Positions 55,275 through 64,000 of a stretch of 64,000 nt of DNA are shown here, piece after piece. Within the stretch, counting starts at the first letter, position 1. Each line of letters starts with the position of its first letter. This stretch comes from Raillietiella orientalis (Eukaryota). Position numbers and translations under genes: made by a program. Below the pieces are notes generated by a model. That model was not told the DNA's origin, ran no database searches, and was given only the letters and a program-made list of their open reading frames with translations. The stretch spans positions 4,898,001 to 4,962,000 of the forward strand of contig JAYWIR010000009.1 of the NCBI GenBank assembly GCA_036172245.1. The letters are read 5' to 3'.

Positions 55275-55280
55275 AATAAA
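55275..55280 (+). terminator. Candidate polyadenylation signal for ace-1
   Basis: First AATAAA noticed downstream of the stop (about 780 nt), followed by GT-rich sequence. Confidence 0.35.
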
Positions 55281-55699
55281 AGTAGAGTCTGTTCCTTGTG
55301 TGTGGAGTGGGCGTTTTCTTGAGTCAGACTTGGCGACGGAAAGCTCGTTGGCGTGGTAACGTCGTTTGGAGGAATCCGCCAGAAGGCGGGGGCCAGAAAA
55401 CGAGCATGCACATGCGTGTGTGCTCTGTGAAACGCTGAGGTCTCTTCTGCAGGATGAGCACCGGTCCGGCAGCGGCGCCTCGGGATTCTTCGCCACCGCA
55501 TACGGAAGGGCACGCAGCCGTTGGCGACACCACATCCTTCCCTTGGTTCTTTGACCTTTAGCAACTCTGACGAAGCGAAATGGGCATCAGCGCCTACGCC
55601 GTGGCGCCATACCCCTGTACTCATTGGGAACAGCGCGACTACCCACATCGATCCGACAACTTGCTTCATCTTCGAACGAATGCCAAATTATGCACCGTC

Positions 55700-55920
55700 G
55701 CGCTCCCGGTGTTGGTTGGGTGACAGCTGAAGGCAGAACGGAAGCACGTAGCTGCGTTGCTCCGCAACTTACGACCGACGGCCGCCGGCTGCGTGTCGCC
55801 GGAATCGAGGAGGCCGCTGTGTCACAGCTGGCCCCGGTCGGAGACTTCGAGAACCCAAGTGGGCGACCTCTTTTCCATCGCAACCGGCCGTGGCTGTCGT
55901 AAGTACGAACGTCACTGATG
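55700..55920 (-). mobile_element. Possible degenerate hAT C-terminal dimerisation-domain fragment
   Basis: Minus-strand RLRWK...AASSIPATRSRRPSVVSCGATQLRASVLPSAV loosely resembles WWK...LSIPATS..SER.FS.G...R.SL.P..V. Confidence 0.25.
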
Positions 55921-57909
55921 CTTTCCGAGTGCGTCAGCTTGCCGGCTTCCCTCCCTGACGTCACTTAATTAACCAATAACAGCATCAGCCGGTTATTTCT
56001 CCTTCTTCTTCTTCTCCTTCTTAATGAACTTCCAGCACATTCTTCCCCAAGGCGGGAGGGAGCTTCTTCCACCAGCGGCTCCCGGCACGAAGCTTAGAAG
56101 GCACATCTTTGCCTGGCAAAGATGTGCGTTGCTGAATCGCCTGCCACCGGTACGCGTCTTTCAAAGTCCGTGGACCAGCAAATGCCATGCCGACGATGGC
56201 CATCCGCCCGTGAATGACGAGACGCTTCCCAAGGGCGTTTCTGTTTCGTCGCAGCCACCGGCGAAAGCCGAAGAGGAGAAGCGGGTGGCCGTCGCGGACG
56301 CGAAATTCCGTACAAGACAACCGTGCACGCGCGCGTACGTATGCGCCCGCAAATGCGTGCCTGCACGGGAATCGACGTGTGCTCTGCCGGTGGCGAGAGA
56401 GGCGACGATCGGAACGCCGCAGCCCCGGATCGTCGGCACCCCGAGGGTGTGGTGCTACGATGGCTCGGGGAAGGGGGTCGATGCCCAAGGGCGTCGCCTT
56501 GCGGGTCGGTTCGGCAGAGGCGCTTCGGTCCGCAGCGACGACAAGCACCGGCCCCACGCGTCCTCCCCGGCAAGCAAACAACGCTGAGGACTCTTCGCCG
56601 GGGAGAAGTGGCGCCCGGAAGGAGGAGGTTGGGCTTCCGCCGAAAAGCTGACGCGCTCTTCGGGCCGGAGCGTGCGCGGCGCCGACGCACGCGCCGAGCC
56701 GCGTGCGACCGTCGTCGGTCCTCCCTGCGCACTTCGCAGGCAGGGAAACGGTTCCGCGAAATACGTGGCACCCGACAACGAGGGAAATATGCGTTGCGCG
56801 CGCTATGCGAGCCCTACTGATTTGCACACGGATAATACTATCGTCGTGTTCATGGAGATAAAAAAAAAAAAAAACGTGTCTTAATCCCTGCATGCGGGAA
56901 TTCGCACGTGCGTGCGTGTGCGCACGTGCACGTTTGCGTGCACGCAGAGCCTTTCGAATTTTCGTTTGGTTCTCTTCCTTTCCTTGCAGTCGATGTTCCC
57001 GGAGGAGGGCGCCGCTGCTGCCCTCAGCGGATGCGCGTTGCGTTTCGGAAGCCGTCAGCACAGCGACAGACCGTCGGTGTCGGTGCGCTGAACGGCTGGA
57101 AGATCATCGGCACGGGAACGTGTAGGGCAAATGTCCGAGTACCGTCGTCTCGACGCAGGGACGGTCCCGTTTCCCGACACCTTTCTCCCGGATTTTCATT
57201 TGTTTTGACGCCTGCCAGGATAAGGATCGTCTTCCCGGGGAAGACGAGGCGTCCCTCCTCCCTTTCCCGAAGGGATGGACTCTCCCTGTCGCAGCGGCGC
57301 GCCGCTGATCGCCCGCCCGGTTTTTCCACCGGTGCGTTCGGACGGACGGAGAGAGCTGGCGGAGGGGAGGGGTGGAAAGGGGGCATAGGCCTCCTCGAGG
57401 GGATGACCAGAGTTTCGCAAAACATCCGACGCTTCTGCAGCAGAGGGAAACGCGTTCTTTTCTCTTTCTGTGGCCCGGAAACGACCGCAGAAGGCGGCTG
57501 AAGACTCTCTCCTCCCCACCGGCTGCATGTGGACTAACGCCTGACCGGATTCTCCGATCCCCCACCCCCCTTTTCTTCGGAAGGAAGCAGCGTTCGCGAA
57601 CCAACCCCCCTCAGGCATTTCTCTCACGAGCAAAATCTCAAAAATCGGAATGCATCTTGTTCGGTCCACGGACGTCCTCCGGTGGGGATCGCTCACCATC
57701 CTGGGAAGTTCCCCCGATTCTTATTTTCCAAGAAACGAAATCTCGCGGTGGACCAGGAGAAAAGAAAAGAAAAAAAAAGGTGGATTAGTGGACAGCCGTC
57801 TCAGTGGATCGAAGGTCCTTTCAATGGACCGATGGCGCACCGGGAACTTCAGACCGCTGACCTGCATCTCAGCCTGGGAAAGTTCCTCTGTTTGGTTCTC
57901 GAGGAGCGC

Positions 57910-58594
57910 CTAAGAACCGTCCGCCTCCTTACGGGAGGCTCGCGAAGCTCTCTGACTCTGTTCGCGCCACCAGAGGGAGCGTGCAGCGTCTCCAAGTTGT
58001 AGGGGGTGACTCCGGAGGGCCACCCTGTGAATCCCGGAAGGCACCGGAGGAAGGAGTCTGTTCCTCTCACGCCTGAGAAGCGAACCCCGAAGAGAATCCC
58101 CCGCCCTGGTTGTCTCCGAAGGGGTCCCCTGGAAGGGACCGACCCTCGTTTCTTCTCCGGAGGGACTATCCGTAAGGGATCCGCTCCTGGCTTCCTTCTC
58201 TGAAGAGAACCCCAAAGGGACGCTCCAAAAAATCTATGAAGGGAGCTTCTGACATTCTGGAGAGGCGACCCTCTGAACTCCATTGCACGCGATCGAGGGA
58301 TTCATTTTCACAACCGAAGGGCAGCCCCGAAGGGCTCGTCGATGTTTTGGAAGGACCCCGGAGGGTCAAATGCCAACCCCGGCCAGTCGACGGGGTCATC
58401 CGGTTTCCAGCCTGCAACAGTGTCGCACCCGAATGGGCCAACAAGCGCTATTCTGCGGGGGAGATTCGGAAACCCTCGACGCACTCCCCGTTCTCGGTGC
58501 CGACCCTTCCCCGGGCGGAATTCGAACCTGCGACGCCCGATACCTCCGGGCGCGGAAGCCACAGCCGCGCGCCTGCGTTGGTCGATGTGTGGCC
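57910..58594 (-). mobile_element. tRNA-derived SINE-like element, most complete copy (copy 5)
   Basis: Minus strand begins ggccacacatcgaccaacgcagg..., has a Pol III B-box GGTTCGAATTCC at 58517-58528, then a body of about 600 bp shared with four other copies. Confidence 0.7.
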
Positions 58595-58601
58595 ACGACC
58601 T

Positions 58602-59760
58602 CCGACGCTCCTATAGAAGCTCCTCCGACGACGGTCACGAACCCGACGCTCCTATAGAAGCTCCTCCGACGACGGTCACGAACCCGACGCTCCTATAGAA
58701 GCTCCTCCGACGACGGTCACGAACCCGACGCTTCTTGCGGAGCTCCTCCGACGACGGTCACGAACCCGACGCTTTTTGTGGAGCTCCGACAACGACGCCA
58801 CGGACCCGACACTTCTTGAGGAGCTCCGACGACGACGGTCGCCGACCGACGCTTCTTGCGGAGCTCCGACGACGACGCCACGGACCCGACGCTTCGTGCG
58901 GAGCTCCTCCTCCGACGGTCACCGACCGACGCTTCTTGTGGCGCTCCTCCGACGACGCCACGGATCCGACACTTCTTGCGGAGCTCCGACGACGACGGTC
59001 ACAGAGCCGACACTTCTTGCGGAGCTCCTCCGACGACGGTCACGGACCGACGCTTCTTGCGGAGCTCCTCCGACGACGGTCACGGACCGACGTTTCTTGC
59101 AGAGCTCCGACAACGACGGCCACGGAGCCGACACTTCTTGCGGAGCTCCTCCGACGACGGTCACGGACCTGATGCTTCTTGCGGAGCTCCTCCGACGACG
59201 GTCACGGACCCGACGCTTCTTGCAGAGCTCCTCCTCCGACGGTCACGGACCCAACACTTCTTGCGGAGCTCCGACGACGACGGTCACGGACTCGACGCTG
59301 CTGGAGGAGCTCCAACGACGACGGTCACGAACCCGAGGATGCTGGAGGAGCTCCGACGACGACGGTCACGGACCCGAGGATGCTGGAGGAGCTCCTCCTC
59401 CGACGCTCACAGACTCGACGCTGCTGGAGAAGCTCCTCCTCCGACGGTCAGGGACCCGACGCTTCTTGCGGAGCTCCGACGACGACGGTCACGGACCCGA
59501 GGATGCTGGAGGAGCACCGACAACGACGGTCACGGACCTGATGCTTCTTGCGGAGCTCCGACGACGACGGTCACGGACCCGACGCTCCTTGCGGAGCTCC
59601 TCCGACGGCCACGAACTCGACACAACTGGAGCAGCTCCTCCTCCGACGGCCACGGACTCCACACAGCTGGAGCAGCTCCTACGATGACGGTCACGGACCC
59701 GACGCTTCTTGCGGGGCTCCTCCTCCGACGGCCACGGACTCGACGCTCCTGGAGTCCTCT
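58602..59760. repeat. GC-rich minisatellite, unit about 41 bp, about 28 copies
   Basis: Consensus ccgacgcttcttgcggagctcctccgacgacggtcacggac; the first units repeat exactly every 41 bp (58602, 58643, 58684). Confidence 0.97.
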
Positions 59761-61329
59761 TCCAGACGGAAACCAAATCTGGAACTCTCCGCATCCGTCC
59801 CTTCTCAGCGTGGAAGTCGCTTGCCCCCGCGCGGACCATGTGGATATCCATCTTTCCTTCGTCGAAGATGCTCTCCCGGTAGTGAGAAACGCGACGATAG
59901 GAACGTCGGAATTCGGGATCGTCAACGCCTCGAGGGTGGTGCTACTTGAACCATTTGCAAATATACGGCACGCAACAACGCGGGAAATGCGTTCCGCGTT
60001 ATACCAGCCCTATTGGTTTCCACACGGATAATATTATCGTGCTCATGAAGGAGATGGGGGGAAAAATGTCATAATTTCACTTTGAAGCAAGCGAAAAAAA
60101 AAAAAATTTCATTAAAGATGTTTATTGATTATTTAAATCAAAGTGAAAAACGCTTTCGGAGCCTCGTTGGTATTTAATCGGTTGGAGCCACCAGTTCCAG
60201 GCTCTCAGTTCCATCGTCCGTGGCTGCTGAAGAACGCAACTGGCTGAAGTCTTGTTTCGCTTCTTTTGCAAAATTGAAATTCATCCGCAGCGTGGTACGG
60301 GACGGATTGACCGCGTTGCACGAGGACCTCCGCACAATCTTTTTCCGTCGCGTTGTAAGGGCGTCGTCGACTGTGCTTCTTCTCATGCGGTCTCGCGTGA
60401 CCCGCAGGCAATGACGTCACAGCACATGCATCGGTCTCGTGGACGAGGGGACCTCTCGGCATGGAATTTTCGAGTTCCCCCGACGGCCTGCCTGCGGAGC
60501 ACAGCGATCGGGGCGGTGCGGAGGACGGGAAGTGGGAGAGGGCGTCCCGAGAAGCCCCCGAGCACGCAGTCCGCCGAGGCAGCTGCGTGACGAACACGGC
60601 TGCTCGCGTGTGCTTCGCCGTCCCAAACGCACCCTTCAGCTTCCGGCCTGGGCATCCAACGTGCTGCCCCCTCTTTCCGCGTGCAAAGCGGCGTTTCGGC
60701 GAGCACGGGAGTTTTCACCCTGCCAGTCGTAGGGGCGCTCATCGCAAAAAAAGAAAAAAGAAAAGAAAAACCCCAACAAGGGAAAGAAGGAAAATTCAGT
60801 GCTGAAGCCCCGCGGTGGGATTGCGAGGTGGTATCCCACTGATGGCGGTACTTGCCCAGGAGATGCTATTTTTCCCAGGCGTATTGCCCAGCGAGGTCCG
60901 CGCAGGAGGAAAAAGGGAAAGAGAGTAAATAAAAAACAAAAGGGAAATAGCCCCCCCCCCCCCCAAATAATAATAATAATAATCGTGTTTTTCCACCCTG
61001 TAGCGTAAGGGGTGTGGCCATCTTGTCGTCATCCGAAGGCAGGATAACGCCATGGGATGGCACCCCTGCTGCCGTGCGCTCTTCCGGCATCTCTTCTCGT
61101 CGCCACGACTTTGCAGCGGCGCTCACGGAAAGGTGACGTCTTAGCGAGTCTTGTGCTTTCTTTGCACTCCGGAGGGCAGCGTGGTCAACAGGTGCGGGAA
61201 GGGTCCCATTTCACCGCACCTGTAACAGTCCGGGGCCGCACATCCCTTGGACAACCCCTGAGCGACTGTGGCAGCGCCCCTTCGGGGGAAACGCCGAGCC
61301 GTCTACCCAGCCCTGCGCATCCAGTTCCG

Positions 61330-61750
61330 ATGTTTCCCCGCCCCCATGCACTTTGGGGTACGCAGGAAGGGTGGAAGCGTTAGAAAGTTGACGAGCAGAC
61401 TCGCGAGTGACGTGCTAGAGCGCACTGCAACCACAGGAACGGTGGATGCAGGGCAAGCAAAAATTTGAAAACAGAACGTTTTCATCCTCCCCCTTCTTCA
61501 GAAGACGGACGTGGCGGAAGCCTCCTTCAGTGGTGAAATGAGATGAGGATTGGTGACAGTATCGAATGGCAACGTCATCGTGGAACCTGATATTCCTCGT
61601 TGGTTCCCCATAGTAATGCAGCCACGGCAGCAGACGCCATTCTTCTTGTTTTTTGCGAGGAGAGGTTGATGTCCGTTGCCAAACAAAGAGCGCATCGCTC
61701 GAATTGGTGCAGCTCCCCCCTCCCCCATCCTCACCGAGCACAGTGTACAA
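61330..61750 (-). mobile_element. Possible degenerate Gypsy reverse-transcriptase fragment
   Basis: Minus-strand TSPRKKQEEWRLLPWLHY...GGFRHVRLLKKGEDENVLFS resembles SP...KK.G.WR.C.DY...SGF.Q..L.E.D..KTAF. Confidence 0.3.
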
Positions 61751-62899
61751 TGTTTTCATGTCCCCTAATGGGCTACTTGGGAAGGCGGCCCGCCTCGAGT
61801 ACGGCTTCGTCACGCCAATGTGCGCGATTGGCGTGGCGCCCAGCTTTGCCGACAGGAGCGGGACGGTCCCCAACCGCTCCACGTACACGGACACACGCAC
61901 ACTGAAACATGCCCGTGAGCGCAGCATGTTGCGTCTACACACACGGTGTACACTGCAGCACACGCGTGGAAATCACGGTCCGTGTACGGTCGCGATTCAC
62001 CGAACGACGGAACCGCTGGCCGTTGAGCAGTGCGGAGGAACGGTCCAAAGCCGCTGATCCGGCGGGGAGGGCCTCCGCTCGAGCGGTCGCGTCCGCCCGC
62101 ATCCCCGGGCCGCTGCACATCTGCTTTGCACCCTTTCCGTACATCCCGAGGTGGGGTGGAGGTGGAAAACCGTCCTGCTCGAAACCCTCCATCCGCAGCT
62201 GCTGCCCGCCTTGTCCCTGGGTGTCTTCAGAAGACACTGCCTCCCGCCCACCCATTTCGCCTCTGCCTATCCCCTGTCGGAGGCGGGCGCGGAACAAGCG
62301 AGAAGGAGCACGAAGAAGGGCGTGCCCCTCCTCCTCCTGAGACACAACTCCCGGGCAGCGGGGCAACCGCGCCATGCGCCGGGGCTTCCCTCCTCGTTCT
62401 TTCGGGGCATCGCCCGAACATCCCGTGGCTTTCTTGGAAGCGCCCTCCCGGAAACGAGAGAAAACGCAGGGAGAGCGACTTGAAAAAGCGCCTCCACCCA
62501 AGTCCGGCTGCGCGGTGACTTCGATCCTTCATGGCGCCCAACCATGCAGTCTACTACACGTACACGGTGAGAGGAGTCCAAAGCGCCCCAAGAGCTCCGC
62601 TTGGGGGCGGGACGCGCAGAGGGTGGCGACGGGCGCGTTTTGAGTGTCTGACCATATGTATGTAAAAATCCATTTTACATGCAGATAATGGCTAATCGCT
62701 GCGTGCATCCGAAGCATAAGTACGGGTGGGAGTGCTCGCTGATCTCGCACGGCTTCTTGATTTTCGGATGCCTGCAGGCGGTGCACGCTCCCTGGGCCTG
62801 CACGAATGCAAGTTCTTGTTTCGAGTGCCACGTAGGCAGCAAGCAGGGGTGCCACAGCACAGTGCTCTTTGCCGTGACCGGTGGCCTGCTCCTCGGACG

Positions 62900-63480
62900 C
62901 CAGGGATGCTGCTCCCCTTCTGGAAGAAAGCCTACTCCGAAGGGCGATGGATAGCTCCATAGGCTGGCGATGCTGGCGGCGCAACGCGCCAAAACGCGCA
63001 ACTAACGGGGATAAGAGGGAATAATCCTCCGCTAGGCACGGAGGGTGCTTGAGGGGGAGAAGGAGGGGCGAGTGCTGGGGGAGAGGAAAATTTCCAGGAA
63101 GCGGGCGGGGCAGTGCATCAGAAAGGAAGTGATGCGCTTGAACGTACAGCATTTTCAGGATCTCTGCCGGAAAATTGGGGTGAGTCACTTCCCTAATGAG
63201 GGGGGAACTCGGAAAAAAATCTTGGGAGGAATAAAGATCAGGAGACAGGGGAAGAAAATGGAGGGAACGCTTCCCTTCACTTGCATGTTTGCGTGCGTCT
63301 CCCCCCCTCCCTTCACATTACGACATGCGCAAGCATTTTGAAACTGCATCCAGCTTCAGATACTTCGGTCGGAAGCAGTAGGTCACCACGTCCTGAGACA
63401 GCCAATTCCTGCTCGCCTCCACGGCTCCACCCAACAGTAGGGTGCAGCAGAGCTCCGATCGCGCAAGTCTTCGCTTCGAG
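62900..63480 (-). mobile_element. Possible degenerate CR1/L2/jockey-type LINE ORF2 C-terminal remnant
   Basis: Collinear minus-strand fragments IGALLHPTVGWS (LGV.L...L.W-like), LKMLYVQAHHFLSDAL...KHP and IASLWSYP (LWN.LP-like). Confidence 0.3.
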
Positions 63481-64000
63481 ACCGCCTCCGGTGGAGTCTT
63501 CTGGGGAAGATGCGTCTCCGAACGCTTTGCCGGCACTCAAGCAGTGGTGGGAAGCACTTGACGCGGAGCGTGGGCTGCTGCACTCTGAGGAGCCGCAGCT
63601 TCTCTCCGCGCCCATCGAGGGCTGGTGTCTCCCGAGTAGCTCTACCGGTTCGCTGCACATGGAAAGGGAAGCCCCTCACGGCTGTAGCTTCGCTGCTAGG
63701 AGCGGCCGCCCACCTCCGAGCCAGGTGTTGCCTCCCGGGGCTCCGTCCAGACTCCCTCTCGGACTCGGAGCTGCAGCGCGGGCATCCAGCAGGGAGCAGT
63801 CCCGCTGCAAACAGCGGCTCTTCTCTCGGAGCACCTGCATCCGCGCCAGCCGGAGAAGGGGAGGAACGCAGAGGTCAGGCGCTCTCTCTCGGGAATGGTC
63901 GAGGCTGCCGCTTCGCAGTCAGCAGTTCCGCTAGAGCACCCGCAGATGGGAGCGGATGGCGTGCTGTCCGGCATCCTCCGGGGAACGCAAGTCGATCCAG

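Noticed and set aside
58500..58594. Functional tRNA gene
   Set aside because: The B-box is present but the A-box and cloverleaf are degenerate, and it is fused to a dispersed repeat body; it fits a SINE head better.
58602..59760. CRISPR-like array
   Set aside because: Units are contiguous variants of one sequence with no unique spacers, there are no cas genes, and the context is eukaryotic.
58735..60031. 303-aa and 391-aa ORFs as protein-coding genes
   Set aside because: Explained by a stop-poor 41-bp repeat; unit indels are not frame-preserving, so there is no sign of coding constraint.
60174..60386. Tigger/CENP-B HTH fragment (RRSTVDDALTTRRKKI)
   Set aside because: One short motif with no supporting neighbouring domain.

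Overview
Eukaryotic (arthropod, possibly chelicerate-like) genomic DNA with two intact plus-strand spliced genes. The first is a 38-coding-exon filamin of the jitterbug/FLN-2 type (6578-33266, about 2701 aa, three CH domains plus a long Ig-like filamin-repeat rod). It is built mostly from 34-58 nt introns, with two large introns of 7.5 and 8.5 kb. The second is an ace-1-type acetylcholinesterase (49368-54495, 3 coding exons, about 636 aa) with an intact catalytic triad, Ser at Torpedo position 201 (A201S, a known insecticide-insensitivity residue) and an altered peripheral anionic site. Introns and intergenic DNA hold degenerate transposon remnants (Gypsy, hAT, LINE), five same-orientation copies of a tRNA-derived SINE-like element, three tandem Tx1/L1-like LINE 3' ends and a 41-bp minisatellite. 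Most short ORFs in the six-frame track look like GC-rich noise. No CRISPR, rRNA or intact tRNA gene was seen. All calls are by eye, with no database searches.
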